A stretch of 46,536 nt of DNA, from assembly GCA_011109175.1 (NCBI GenBank), contig RDEW01000001.1, forward strand, positions 892,171 to 938,706. Reading direction: 5' to 3'. This stretch comes from Dicyema japonicum. Taxonomy: Eukaryota; Animalia; Dicyemida. The notes under the pieces were generated by a model, which saw only the letters and a list, made by a program, of their open reading frames with translations, searched no databases and was not told the origin of the DNA. A program made the position numbers and the translations under genes. Positions 11,001-23,886 of the stretch are shown here, one piece after another. The number at the start of each line of letters is the position of its first letter. Position 1 is the stretch's first letter.

Positions 11001-12343
11001 AGAACACATAGAAGGAATACATAAAACTAGAATTAGAACGACCAATGTTTAATTTCAGATTTCAGATTAAACTTTTGAAATTCGTATTTTAGTGTGACCA
11101 CGTGTTATAAATTTACGATTGGAGAACAAAGGAAGTTTTTATATCAGAGACGTCTGTGCCGGAAATTCTCAAGAAATACAAGAAGTCAATGGGAGATTAG
11201 CCCGATTTTATTCCTTCATGCTGCTGTGGTGAATAATTATAGGGGGTAACAAGGAAGACACGTGTAATTAGTCTTGAGGTTACATTAACGTATTAATACA
11301 ATCGGAGATCCCAATTTATTTATTTGCCCCCTGTCCCTTCAGTGATGGAATCTGGTGGCTAACAGAAACGTAGCAACCAATGACGGAGGCTCCCAGAAGC
11401 CCCAATGATATATTGGAATATGGAGTTCATTATTGTCATCCAAAATAATATAGATAACGTGAGGAAGCTAAAGATGTCACATCACTCATAACAGAATAGA
11501 AAGACTCATATAAAAACTAAATAGAAACAGTACAACCGTCACAAGGACTGATGATCGATTTGATTCTTGCGTCAGTCTTTATAATGATGATCCATGTGGC
11601 TAAGTTGACGGACACAACTAAGTCTTCCCTTTGGAGATGAAAAACAGAGAAAGTCCTATTCTTAGAGGGAAGGAGTTCCAATCAATGTCGAAAGGACTCA
11701 AAGTAGGAAGGAGATTATAAGTGATATTGTTAACTCTCGGATAGCACTCTTAATAATATGGTCATAATCAGAATATCGTAAGAGTCAAATTGGAAGGGAA
11801 TGTGGATCTTTTATTGTGACTTGTTGGGTACATCACGTTCGTATGGCACTGCGAGGAGGTGAAATATAGTAATGATTTATTTGGAATTAGAAGACTGCTT
11901 GGTGCGGCTTAAGTCGGAAACAAGTACTCTTCTTTACGAACCATCAGGAGTTGAAATGAAAATCAACAATAATTGAAAATACAATTTTTTGGCATTTTTT
12001 GCTGATAAAATAAGAATTATCGAATTAGGTTAGCTAACAAGGTGAGACTTGGTAAATAAGTCACCAGGTGTTCATCCCTTGACATAAGAAAATGAATGTG
12101 CGCTTCAAGTTTAAATTCATGGAGGACATTGCAATCTCTAAGCTTTGAATTCTGAGTAGAAGAGTTAGTCTTAAATACCATGAACGATCTGTCTCATGGC
12201 TTACTTGGTTAGGATCACTATCAACATTATACGGTTGTTGCCATGATACACAAATAATAATGATTAACCAAAATGAGAACACGTCGATATTTATCTCATT
12301 TTAATCGAACTGTATCTCATTTAGATCGAGAATTGGGATTATA

Positions 12344-12570
12344 NNNNNNNNNNNNNNNNNNNNNNNNNNNNNNNNNNNNNNNNNNNNNNNNNNNNNNNNN
12401 NNNNNNNNNNNNNNNNNNNNNNNNNNNNNNNNNNNNNNNNNNNNNNNNNNNNNNNNNNNNNNNNNNNNNNNNNNNNNNNNNNNNNNNNNNNNNNNNNNNN
12501 NNNNNNNNNNNNNNNNNNNNNNNNNNNNNNNNNNNNNNNNNNNNNNNNNNNNNNNNNNNNNNNNNNNNNN
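12344..12570. other. Assembly gap (N run)
   Basis: Run of N; ORFs spanning it are artefacts. Confidence 1.
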
Positions 12571-12599
12571 TTGGAGGGTCTCTTAGCTGGCCAAAGTAA

Positions 12600-13020
12600 G
12601 ATCACTTATGTTTGGGAGACTTTTCAAGAAGTCGTTGATTCGCTTGATTGATTATTAATTTACTAATGGAGTTTATTCTATTAATGGAAATTTTTTTGGG
12701 AGTGGTTTATCTATGAGAATGTGGATATTAGATTATTTTAGTGTAGGAATAGAGAGATTGGAGAGGGTGGACATGTAACTGTTGAGAGAAGTGTGGTTGG
12801 GAACACAACGAAGGTGTAGAGCCTTTAGAGATAGGAGTATAATGGTTGTTTCTTTTTCCCCTTAATAGTGATGATTCTACACCGCCTACCACCGTCCTCC
12901 AAACGTAGAGAATGTATGTCAGTGGACGCTTGGATAGTAGACAATTTGAGGCTAGTCTTAATAAGGTAGTGATGATTAGGAGTCTCTTGCATATTCGGAG
13001 TGGATTTGTTAATAACAATA
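12600..13020 (-). mobile_element. LINE C-terminal fragment
   Basis: Minus frame ALHLRCVPNHTSLNSYMSTL resembles the QLRSG(H/Y)xxxLNSYLxRI motif preceding the C-terminal zinc knuckle. Confidence 0.45.
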
Positions 13021-13124
13021 TGTGATATTATCTCATATAATCGACTGCGATTTAGTGGACGAGGATTACTCTAATAGAATGGCACAATTGTATTCACTTT
13101 TTTAGTATTTTGGAAATAACAATT

Positions 13125-13225
13125 TCGCCCAGCACCTTCTCGACTGCGGAGAACCTAAAAATCAAGAAATACTCTTGCCTCGGGGATCGCAACCGATTTA
13201 CCCCTGTTGCGACCGAATCATCGAT
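13125..13225 (+). mobile_element. Short CRE fragment
   Basis: STAENLKIKKYSCLGDRNRFTPVATESS; clear nucleotide match to 9095-9180. Confidence 0.8.
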
Positions 13226-13679
13226 AATAATAAGTAACTCTCATTGCGTCCTCAATTCCTGCAAGTCACATTGGATTGTCTCATTAAGATGGGTAAATAT
13301 AGAAACTATATTTTTAAAGTCACCACAATTTCTATTCTCTGAAAAAATAAACTGAATGTGTCTATGTTTATATGTTGAGAAAATCAACACTACGTAACAC
13401 TAAATAACATAATCAAACTGCGCTTATAAATAGAACATTTCGATTGACAAATTTACTAACGATCATGACTGAGAAAGTAATTTTTAAATATATTTATAAG
13501 AAAATAAAGTTTTAAAATATTTATAAAGTTAAAATATGCATAATTTTGATTAAATATCTGTATTTCATGTAAGGTATTTTGTTTTAAGAGCACGATTTTA
13601 GTCCACATATCAACTAGTATCTTACAGCTTTTAAATTATAGCTACAATTTTCCGTACAAATATTTTGTCAGTTGGACTA

Positions 13680-13810
13680 ATCTTATCTCATTTACTGATT
13701 ATATATGTATTGGTCCAAAATTAAATGAGGGGTTCCTGGGTGAAGCTAGTACCTTTTCTCCGTATTTCCCTCAGACATTCTAAGAATAATTTTTTATGAT
13801 GCTTGTCAAT
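13680..13810. repeat. Dispersed ~130-bp repeat, second copy at 16190-16320
   Basis: TCATTTACTGAT...AATTAAATGAGG...CTTTTCTCCG(T/C)ATTTCCCTC(A/G)GACATTCTAAGA occurs in both places. Confidence 0.75.
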
Positions 13811-14169
13811 ATTTAAAAGTCCTTACTGTGTGGCTATTTCTCTACACAAGATGTGTTCACGAAGATAGTCCAAACGTGCGGGAATTTAACCACTTATTGT
13901 AATAGCTCTTTTATAAATGGTCTCAACTATATTAATCTCTATGCTCCTACATTTTCAAGCAAACATCTCTATTTTTTGTAAACAAAATCTCATGAAAAAT
14001 AAAGGTCTCCATTATGACATGCATGCATTGAGTATGCAATAGGGGGTTACCCCTCATGATAGCAGGTTTAATATTCCCGAAGAGCCATGAAGTAATTCTA
14101 AGCTCTCCCTCTTGCAATTATACTTCCTGGCCATTTTGTCGTTTAAACATAATATTTCATAATTGATTC

Positions 14170-14400
14170 TCCAATTAGATTCTCCAATAAATGAAGAAGC
14201 CATAACTACATAACTATTTCCTCTCAAAATAGCTAACAAAATTCGATGAATAGTTAGTGACGTTTACGAAGGTCGTCCGAACTGGCAGTAATCTGACCAC
14301 CAAGTCGATTCAGAAAATCCACTGTTGAGGGTTTCCACAGCGACTAGAATTAACTGTACTCTATCATGTAATTCAGCATACTTTTTTGACATTGCGGCCT
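14170..14400 (-). mobile_element. CRE 3' end, second subfamily
   Basis: KKYAELHDRVQLILVAVETL / DFLNRLGGQITASSDDLRKRH / RILLAILRGNSYVV; parallels 28570-28870. Confidence 0.7.
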
Positions 14401-14534
14401 TCATATCTATTTGTTATTATTAAAATAAAAAAAGTCAATTTATTTTTTAATTTTAAATTTTTTAAGGTTATACGTTACCAATCCACTTTGGATGGATGGC
14501 TGTGTTTATCAAGATTCTATATGGGATAATTGCC

Positions 14535-14680
14535 GGGCCGGGTGGCGCAGTGTGACGGTTGCCGGGCAAGATGCCTGAACTTCACTGCGGAACCGGATTG
14601 TATATAATACACCCAAGAAAAAGAAAACAAAGAGAACAGCATTCCTTGATCCTCCCTCGATTACCTACTATAACTGTTAT
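14535..14680 (+). repeat. Diverged copy of the hairpin-rich element
   Basis: GC-rich head ending TCACTGCGGAACCGGATTGTAT, then CAAGAAAAAGAAAACAAAG...CATTCCTTG as in the reverse complement of 8300-8400. Confidence 0.65.
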
Positions 14681-14699
14681 TTGCTTAAAATAAAGTGTC

Positions 14700-15100
14700 T
14701 TCTACCTGAGGGGAGCTATAACTGATATGGCTTATCGGAAAGTGCAAGTATTATTATGAGACATCCAGATTGCTACTTCAATATTGCAACAAAATCTGGA
14801 CTTTCTTAACGAATGGTTGCTGAAGATCCCCCTGTCTACCAGCACTGAGAAGTCCATCACAACTCTCTTCTCATCAAACAAGAGACTGGGAGGACGGAAA
14901 TTGTGTTTTTCAGTTAGAATGTTTCAATAGATCCTTGGGGTGATTTTTGATATGCACGTGTCATTCTCGCATGTTGAAAATGTTATAACAAAATGTGAAA
15001 AGAAGATCAACTTGTTGTTAAATGTCTCTCTGACTTATGCAAGATCGAGGCTAGTCTCAAAAGAGCCTCCAAAATTACGAAACGATGGACATCTAGAGAG
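14700..15100 (+). mobile_element. I/Jockey-group LINE RT/thumb fragment
   Basis: DIQIATSILQQNLDFLNEWLLKIPLSTSTEKSITTLFSSNKRLG...ILGVIFDMHVSFSHVE aligns with ORF 24546-25262. Confidence 0.8.
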
Positions 15101-15922
15101 TCCCAGCCTCATCAACCGTGGAACGTGTCGTCTTGATTACGAAGATCCAGTTATTCGGCTGCTTGTCAAGAGAGGAGCATCAGACCAAGTTGAGGTCTCT
15201 GCTAGAGCGTGGTGGGAGCAAGTGATTACTTAATTTTTATGTAACCGTTTGGTATTATTAGTAGAAACTGACTCCGACATCGCTGCTACTGTAAACGTTG
15301 AATTTCTAGCCAAAAATGAAATATCTCATGGAACGCTAGCCAGACTTCCTCAAAATGACCAAGTCTCTTGAACATCCCATTTGGCCATAAGTCAGATTAC
15401 ATCTAGAACCCTCCCCAAGTTGTGGAGATCAAACCAAGATTCCAAGACCAACCAATGAAAGAAGCTCTGTATGACCATTGGGATCTCATAATCCTCTTTT
15501 TTAATAATCTTTTTACGGAAGCAAGACACTTTTTGAAAGACTAAAAATATCAGGTGTCTTTAAAGCTGCACATAAACCGTAGTTTCCGAAGCAAGGAAAA
15601 GTTGGTAGATTGATATTAATGATACAGCGATCAATTAACATAATTTTGATCTCCTAAAAGTTGAAGTTTTTTGTAAGTATTGAATACATGGATAATGTGA
15701 TATTTGATGAAAATGAAAATTCTTTAGAAGATTCAGAAAATAGTGAACAGAATCGGAAAACATCACTGTAAAAAAATATGTTGTAGCAGATTAACTGTAA
15801 TAGAGAAGGAACTACTATCTAATGTTGAGAATGAAGTTTTTCTAATTCCTTCAATGAGAAAGCACAAAGAAAATTTTATTAAAGAAAAAACAGTTAGGAG
15901 TTGAATTTATTTAAGATTGGTT

Positions 15923-15995
15923 GCCTGATTAGCTCAGTCGGTAGAGCATCGGACTTTTAATCCGATGGTCGCGGGTTCGAGTCCCGTATCAGGCT
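15923..15995 (+). tRNA. tRNA-Lys(UUU)
   Basis: Acceptor stem GCCTGAT/ATCAGGC, D arm TAGCTCAGTCGGTAGAGC, anticodon arm TCGGA-CTTTTAA-TCCGA, T arm GCGGG-TTCGAGT-CCCGT, followed by a T-run terminator. Confidence 0.97.
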
Positions 15996-16059
15996 TTTTC
16001 TTTTTGTCCATCCAATATTGTCGGGAATGGGATAGACTAACTGTACACCGAAGAAAAAA

Positions 16060-16170
16060 ACTATGAAAGCCAATGAGGAAAATTCGAAGGGTCATATTCC
16101 GGCCAATCGTAGTTGAGACAATCGGAAAAATAAGCGGACCAGGATGTCCTTCAGAGGTCTCCTATTTGTT
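16060..16170 (+). mobile_element. Short CRE RLE fragment
   Basis: RKIRRVIFRPIVVETIGKISGP matches the F.P...ET.G motif. Confidence 0.5.
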
Positions 16171-16499
16171 AGTAAGTATTTGAAATTAATCTTACATCAT
16201 TTACTGATGTTATGTGTATTGGTTTAAATTAAATGAGGAATCCCTTGGTTAAGCTGATAACTTTTCTCCGCATTTCCCTCGGACATTCTAAGATAGTAAT
16301 TTTTGATGATTCTTAGAATCACTATATAAAATAATCGTGGATAGTGCCCCAAGAGTCCTACACTAACGAACTGGTTGTGCCTCCTCCCCAACCATCTCAA
16401 AGCCGATTGTGGCTTCAACTCATCCTATGGACACTGAAAGCGCTCTCGTGAAGAAGGTGAACTGATCACTGTTTAGAGAAAGATGAAGTCTGCGGTTTT

Positions 16500-17470
16500 T
16501 GTAAAACCGGAAATTTAGATTCGGATCCAGAAACCGCAAATTGACCATAAAAGTCATTTGCAGGTACAAATTTTTCCAGAAGATACGTGCCGTTAAAGGG
16601 AAGTCCTAAAGTTAGGAGTTTTAATGCTAGTCTGCGCCTTGAGCACTCTAGCTGCTTTTGGCAAAGGCAGAGTAGTTAAGAGAATCCAAGCTGTTACTCG
16701 AGTTCAAGATGTCTCAGGTCATTATTAGGTAAAGGACGCTGTTTTACTAGTCTTCAGGGTCCTTCTGAACTTTGTTGATGAGGATGTACTTGACAAGATA
16801 AAGAAGGATTTATGATCTACACTTTACATGTGGAAAAAGGAGGCCGTAAAGGTATGGCTGCACTCTGATGCTGCTTTGAGAAGGTAAGAATTGGTTACTT
16901 AAGGTTTGGTGTGCACTGAGAGCGACTCTTGACAATTCAGTGGTACAGATGTTAGGGATTTGGTCAAACAAGCCTTTCTTGCGACAATTGCCACTGTCTT
17001 TGTGACACCTCTTCTCTCGTCCACCGAGTTCAGCAAAGAACCAAATACACCTGTCTGATCTCTGGTAGCGTTTGCTTTTGGCTGTGATGTTCTTTTTAAC
17101 CTCTCGTTTCTTTCACTCGAAAGTACTGGGGGTAAATAAATAAAATGAATTATTTTAGCTTCTAGTAATCTCACGACTCTTTTCAAATGGTCTTTAGTGA
17201 TCAAACCAATTTTCACATGTGCTTTAGCGAATGTCGAAGAACTATATTGTGGTGTTAATTTTCAGTGACCAAAGTTCAGCTGAAAAGTGCGAAGAGACCT
17301 TAGACTCTGCACAGCCCGCCTCTTGGATAGGGAAATGTGCTCCAAGAAACTAGACTTGGAGTTAAAGTCACGTCGACATGTAGATTTAAACAGGGTGGAG
17401 CTTAACACCGATTCTTGTGGAACTCCTCGGTAACAAACTTGATCGACAACCTCTATGCCATGCATAGAGG
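16500..17470 (-). mobile_element. Highly degenerate LINE RT fragment
   Basis: RGVPQESVLSSTLF (GVPQGSVLSP motif) near 17400; the segment near 17100-17160 has a diverged relative at about 11305-11390(+). Left boundary uncertain. Confidence 0.5.
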
Positions 17471-17661
17471 TCTCTCTGGCTTTATTTTGTTTTTCATCAT
17501 TTTTCGGGGTAAATCGGGGATCCCAGGTTTAAATTAAATTGAAAATTACGCTTCTGGTTCAGTTTGGGATTACAATAGTATAATATCAAAAATAATATTT
17601 AATTAATTAAAAATTAAAAAATAATAATAAAATAAAATTCAAAAATAAAACGTGTTAGCTC

Positions 17662-18627
17662 ATGGTTGATCTTATGTGCTAATAATTTTAGGTTCTCGTC
17701 AAAGTAGTGAAAAACAAAGCTTATTTTAAAAGATTTCAGGTTAAGTTCAGACGTCGTAGAGGTTAATCCATTAATGACGCTTAGATTGTCTTACAAACTA
17801 TGCCCGCAGAAGAAAATTGGTGACCCAATACAATGACAAATATGGAGCACCAAAACACAGACTCGTTGTTAGAATAACCAACAAATACGTCATTTGCCAA
17901 ATTGTCGTGTGTAAACTCAACGGAGACCACGTGGTATGTTCTGCCTACTCACACGAATTGCCTCGTTATGGAGTCAATTTCGGCCTAAGCAATTTTTCTG
18001 CTGCTTACTGCACTGGACTGCTTTTGGCTAGAAGAGTACTAGCTAAGTACGGACTGGATACTCTATATGTGGGGAACACTGACCCTGAGAAGATTGGAGA
18101 TGACTATAATGTTGCCCACGTGAACGGTGAGAACCGTCCTTTGAAAGTCTTCCTTGACATCGGACTTGCTACTTCTGTTAGAGGAGTCAAGGTTTTTGCT
18201 GCCTTGAAGGGGGCCCTTGATGGTGGTCTTGAGATCCCCCATGGGTTGAAGTAATTGCTTAGTTTAGGACTAAGAAGTTCGCTAAGGACTTTAGAGACAG
18301 GATTCTTGGAAAGCACGTGGCTGACTATGCGGCCATGCTGAAGAATACTGACAGCGAAAAATTTGCTAAGCAGTTCTCCAAGTTGAGTACCCAAGTGACT
18401 CCTGAAACTATGGCTGAAGTCTATCTGAGATGCCACCAGAAGATCCGAGAGGATCCTTCCCCAGCTAAGAAATCAGAGGAGACGCCTAAGAAATCGTGAG
18501 TGCTTCCATTTACTGCTGTAGTGTTGACGTCAAGATTTCCAAGCTTACAGGATCTCAGCGTAAGGCTAATGCCAAGGAGAGGAAGACTGAACTGGGAAAT
18601 TTGTTCTCCATTCAGGAAGCAGTTTAG
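17662..18627 (+). CDS. RPL5: 60S ribosomal protein L5 (uL18), 288 aa; exons 17662-17664, 17692-17761, 17785-18244, 18268-18495, 18522-18627
   Basis: Spliced product MVLVKVVKNKAYFKRFQVKFRRRR...RLVVRITNKYVICQI...SAYSHELPRYGV..GLSNFSAAYCTGLLLARR...LDIGL...VFAALKGALDGGLEIPHGTKKF...HVADY; four GT-AG introns of 27, 23, 23 and 26 nt; total 867 nt ending TAG. Confidence 0.97.
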
Positions 18628-19108
18628 TTACTCTATCATTCATGATTATTGTTTATTCCTTATTTAGTGTTTTGTTCAAGTAGGTATAGGGGGTAAAGGG
18701 CGGAGATCACTGGAGTCAAATATCATTCCTTCTACGCTCCCTCGGTTCTTTGATAACAAAAAGGGGGATGGACAGCCTAGAAGAGGGATGATGATTTGGC
18801 TGATTTTCCTACAAATCGTAATATGGAATCCGCTTATTCACTAGAGAGCTATTAATAATTGACTAACACTGGCTAAATCCCTTTTTCAAATATGGCTGCT
18901 CTAACAACTGCAACGCGTTACACCTCATTAATTCTACTAGGTCCTATATGAACCACTGTCGTAAGGATAATGCTAGGGAGAAGGACTGAACAATTTATTT
19001 AAAATTAAAAAAACGGGTCTGTTATTCATTGATTAGTTCTGCTCATCACTTATTTAGTGTTTCGTTTAACTAGATAGGGAGGGAATGTTCCAAAGATATT
19101 ACAAAAAT

Positions 19109-19381
19109 TCAGCACTTTATCGCCTATTAAGGAAATGGTGTAATTACTTTTTAATATGACTTTTGTTTATTTTAGTTATGTATTTGATATTCGTGTAATT
19201 CTGTTTAAATAATTTGGGATATTGCAGTAGAATATTAATCGAAGTCAGCACTTTATCGCCCATTAAGGAAATGGTGTAATTACTCTTTAATATGACTTTT
19301 GTTTATTTTAGTTATGTATTTGATATTCGTGTAATTCTGTTTAAATAATTTGGGATATTGCAGTAGAATATTAATCGAAGT
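19109..19381. repeat. Tandem duplication, period 136 bp
   Basis: Two near-identical units starting TCAGCACTTTATCGCC. Confidence 0.9.
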
Positions 19382-19399
19382 AATACTTTAACCCATAGT

Positions 19400-19950
19400 A
19401 ACCATGACGTCGGGTTTAATACGTGGATGCTAGATCATTGGAGTCTGGAACTGAATTTAGCTGTGGTGACCAAATTGGGGGATGACTTTGGGTGTCTATA
19501 TGATAGCCTTAGTACATGGTCAACTGGATCTTTGGAAATACACAAGGTGGGGTTGAGTAGGAGGGGTCATTTAATGGAACTGTTTTTCTTACTAAATAAT
19601 TAGTCTCTGGGAATAAACATGGCTGAAGATTGTAAGAACAAGCATGTCAAATTGAGCCGACATAGTGATGGATTGCCACGTGTGTTTCTGGAAGAGACGA
19701 ACATATTGATCATGGAATTTCGCATACTTTCATCGTCTCAAGACTGCTCGTTGAACTTCAGTCACGCTCTTTTGCAGTATTTTGGAAGTTGAGTACATCC
19801 TGTGCCTGTTGGAACATGATTGGGCTGACAAGTGCTTCAATTTCATACGGAAAAATCGATATTTGGGTTTTTTGGTGGGAAACAAGCTATTCGGTTACCT
19901 TTGAAGTCTGTGGATTACAAAAATACTGGAGATTATATAAAAACCATTTG
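19400..19950 (-). mobile_element. Degenerate LINE post-RT/C-terminal fragment
   Basis: Broken minus frames give KLKHLSAQS, VQRAVLRR and QFGHHS*IQ...HPRIKPDV. Confidence 0.45.
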
Positions 19951-20379
19951 ATACATCGATTAAGTTTATATTTGCAAAAACCTGATTTATCATTTTAAAT
20001 TATTTTATCCAGAAAATCATTTTTACCATGAAAATTTATAAATTATGGATTTTTTGAAGAAAAATAATTCAGTTGTCATGAAACAACTTGAAGTTTCATT
20101 TCAACAAATGAAAATCAAAATTGAATCCATTGAACTGATCGAGGACAAATAAATTGTGACAGATGTGCATCCCAAAATAATATGTTTCACGGAAAACGCC
20201 AAATAATGGTGAATTAAGATTGAAGACTCAATCCAATTCATCCGTCTATAAACTCTCAAATTGCATCAAAAGTCCCTTAAAATAATTTTAAATCATTTCC
20301 TTCTCTAAAAACACGTGAAATCGTAGCGGTTAAACGAAATGAGTTCAAATTAAAAAAAAACGGAAAACTGCAATCCTAA

Positions 20380-20830
20380 TTCTACACTGTTATGAGACCA
20401 CAATAGTATGGTCTCCCAAATAGAAAATATAGAGTATTCCCGGGTAATATGACATTAAATAAGCTTGTTTAGATAATGTGGAATAAATATACTGAAAACG
20501 TCAATCGTTGTTAATAAATAAGATATCGGATTTTGTAAGACAATGAAGGTAAGGACAGACATTGGGAGACACAATAACTTTATCCCATTTGTGGAAGACT
20601 GTTATCAAAATATCGGAATTACCAAAGAGTTTGACATTTATTGGGAATTACCAAATTTAACAGATGAAGGTCGATGGAATAAGACAGAGACTCCGATTAA
20701 AGAGGAAATCGTAAATTTTAGAGATTCGAAGATATTGTATGTATTCAGGAAATGTAGTTTCATTGGTCAAAATTTATTGTCAAAAAACATAATTCGAGTT
20801 AATTGTTTGAGTTTGTGAGTCTGACTTTAT
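20380..20830 (+). mobile_element. Possible LINE C-terminal fragment
   Basis: ILHCYETTIVWSP and FVEDCYQNIGITKEFDIYWE resemble post-RT LINE segments; weak. Confidence 0.3.
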
Positions 20831-22779
20831 TGTGATGAATTTTGTTTGAGAATTCTTAAGTCAAAAAAGTCATTGATAAGCGAAATTTGCTTTCTTTTTT
20901 TGAATGTTTAAGTTGAGAGAATTTTTTGTTTTTTCCTAAAAAATTTTTCGGTCAATTTGAATGTTCGAAGTTGAGAGAATTTTTTTTTTTTTTCCTTAAT
21001 TTTTGTTGATTCTAGGAAATTTTACTAATATTTATTTCCAATGAATTGAGTTACGTTAAATATGTTGAGTGCTGGAATAATGGAGTTATACTGGTTATGC
21101 TTATTCTTGATCAGCTTTATCTCTTATTTCCTTATATACTGAATTTTATGTAAGACATTAGTAATCATTACAATGGCTTATTGCATCATGATTGATCTAA
21201 TTCAGTCATCGATTTTATAATGTACTCAGGGGAGGTTGGATGCTCGAAGGTTTTGGCTCGAATCTTGGTGGAATCAAAATTTGAAAGAATACAGGGAGAG
21301 ATCTTCTGTATTGAGGTTAAGGAAGACGGTCGTGTCCACCTTATCTAAAGTATGAAAGTTTCCTCTATGTACGTTGTTTCGGGAAACAAGCAGTCTAAAA
21401 GTCACTTGAGTCAAATCAATGACCCTAAGTCTATTCTCAAAGTTAGCAGCCTCTTGTCAATGGCTTACTGATGAGGTTATTCGGTCGAATATACTGAGGA
21501 CATGTGCAATGATGCATTCTCGAGGATGACTGTCAAGTTGTGACTTCTTTATGGAGGACACAAATTTGGTGAACGAATAAATGCATGCTTATAAAATCTA
21601 GAGGTCATCTGATTTAGAACCGTCTGTCGATGCTTCACAATCCATTACAAAAGAGATCAGTCTTCTGTGGGACATTATGGATTATCGACGACCCTCTCTG
21701 ACGTCATCAAAATATCCCTGGATTTGGCGTATTTTTGTGGAATAATGAACGATGAACATCAACTTTAAAATGAAGAAATAAAAATTTTAAATCTCAAGTA
21801 CCAGTTCTACACAACAAGGAGGACATTGAAGGTGACCATGACTTTAAAGAGGACGCTTTGCTTCGCTTCTTGGTTAACGAAAATAGGTATTCTGTTGACT
21901 GTACTCTGTTTCACCAGGTATGAGATTATTTACGAAATCACCAGTTTATGAGATTATTTACGACTGAGGCTGTCATGAATTTCTTTCAAATAATTTAAAA
22001 TGTAGAGTTAAGAATGTTAGCGGATGTCTATGTTTTGCCGTTTCTGGTTGCATCAACCGTTTGTTAACACAGTAAGAAGACCATTTACTCTAACCAATCC
22101 GCGAAGATTCCCCTCCTTTGATGGAACCTAGAAAACTTTAGAATTCAGGAATTTGAGGAATGCAGTGAAATAAAACCGAATTGTCGGTGAGGGTATCCCC
22201 TAAAATAAACGAATAATTGCTCTCTTTCGGAGAACATCACGTGTCTTCGGGGTGTTACCATGAAGAGGGCCATCGGTATTTTACAGAATTAATGAACCAC
22301 AATAATTTTTGTATGCAATGGTTAAGAGTTCAAAGACTATAGAATGTTAGCATTTGTCACGTGTCCTCGCTGTGGTGGCGTCAACTGTGTGGTTTGGCGC
22401 ACACTAAAATGACCATTTACTTTAACCAATCGGAAAGGATTTTTAATTAAACGGCATTTCTAGGAAATCTTGAATTTAAAAAATGTTGCGTAATTAGTGA
22501 ACTTGAAAATTATCGTTTTCGATGAGTCTATGAGGATTGACTTCTGACTAGTCATTTATTATAGAGACAGACTGACACGGAATTGTTCGATTTGTAAGGG
22601 AACTGTTAAAATCTTCAACCGATATCCACGTGGTTGTGAGCATTCTCACGGAAGATCGATAATCCTTTGATCTTTATTGGGAAGCGAATCTCCAATTGGC
22701 GGAGGTTTTTTGCCGAATGAACAATTACTCGACAATATCATAACCCTTTAATAGGATACTTCAGTATTACGTTAAAACT

Positions 22780-23470
22780 CCTTGAATCTCAATATGAAGC
22801 TCAGCCGAGAATTACCAAAGAATATGATTTGAAGAGCTATCGGCAGCTTTAAAGAAACACCTCTTGATCCCACAGATTGAGGGACTGGATCAAAATTTCG
22901 TACAAGACTACTCAATCGACCCTTTTGGAGAAGAACTACATGCATCGTGGGACTTGCATTCTGTCAGTCTCTTCCCCACAGTGGTGCTTGGCTGAACACG
23001 TTTCCATCATCTTCAATTGGTTCCCTTCTGGAACAGGACGCCCTCCGAAATGGGATATCTATTCGTATCGGGATCACCTGTGCCAGCCTCATCCGTGTCG
23101 TTGTGGATCCGTTGTGGAATGCAAAAAGCTTCATCCGCTTTCTTGCCGTCTCAAAAGTAACCGGTTCCCGAGGCATACCGCCATCAACGGGGTTGTGAAG
23201 CGCTTTTTTGAGGTGGTTGAATTCCCATCATCTCTGGAACCTGTGGAGATGGAAAGCACCCGGATGGGGTGACTGCCTTCCTCTTCTCTCGGGGAAATAG
23301 TTGATTTGTAATGGGGCCTGCATCGACAACTTTTCCGAGCCGAGACTTTAAGGCTTTGCTTTGAAAGCCAGGGAAGCTGCTCGAACTTTCGAGAATGTCA
23401 AAATAAGAAAATATGACAGCCTTTCAAAAAGATTCTACGTACAGAAAGTAGTCTTCGGGCTCACGACGGT
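22780..23470 (+). mobile_element. CRE-clade retrotransposon fragment (zinc knuckle + RLE)
   Basis: SLPHSGAWLNTFPSSSIG / HPCRCGSVVECKKLHPLSC...RFPRHTAINGVVKR...LEP...PDG...KIRKYDSL, with frameshifts. Confidence 0.85.
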
Positions 23471-23632
23471 CACTTCTAAGAGCGCTCGTGTCCATAATGA
23501 CGAAAGCGAGTAACGAACATCTGGACAACAGACTGGCTGTTCCAAAGAATTTCTCTGACAGTTTTCAGGAGAAACAGCCACTAAATTACCTCAGCTGGAT
23601 TACTTTGAATGTGATCCTGACATGCAATCAGA

Positions 23633-23886
23633 GTTACCTCTCATCATTGCGAGCTCAATGCTCTTGAAAAGCCTCCTTTCCAAATTTCAACAAGATAAAC
23701 TTTAAAGCGCTGAGGCACATCATACATTGTAACAAGATCGGTCAAAAGGAAAACCCATGTTACCTCTCATCATTGCGAGCTCAATGCTCTTGAAAAGCCT
23801 CCTTTCCAAATTTCAACAAGATAAACTTTAAAGCGCTGAGGCACATCATACATTGTAACAAGATCGGTCAAAAGGAAAACCCATGT
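23633..23886. repeat. Exact tandem duplication, period 126 bp, within a probable LINE remnant
   Basis: Two identical units starting GTTACCTCTCATCATTGCGAG. Confidence 0.9.

Noticed and set aside
14535-14600. tRNA, 7SL or Alu-like gene suggested by GCCGGGCCGGGTGGCGCAGTG
   Set aside because: An A-box-like start is present, but there is no B box or cloverleaf and no further 7SL similarity.
15688-15903. Small acidic two-exon ORF (MDNVIFDENENSLEDSEN...) upstream of the tRNA
   Set aside because: About 64 aa, depends on an assumed 22-nt intron, and has no recognisable homology.
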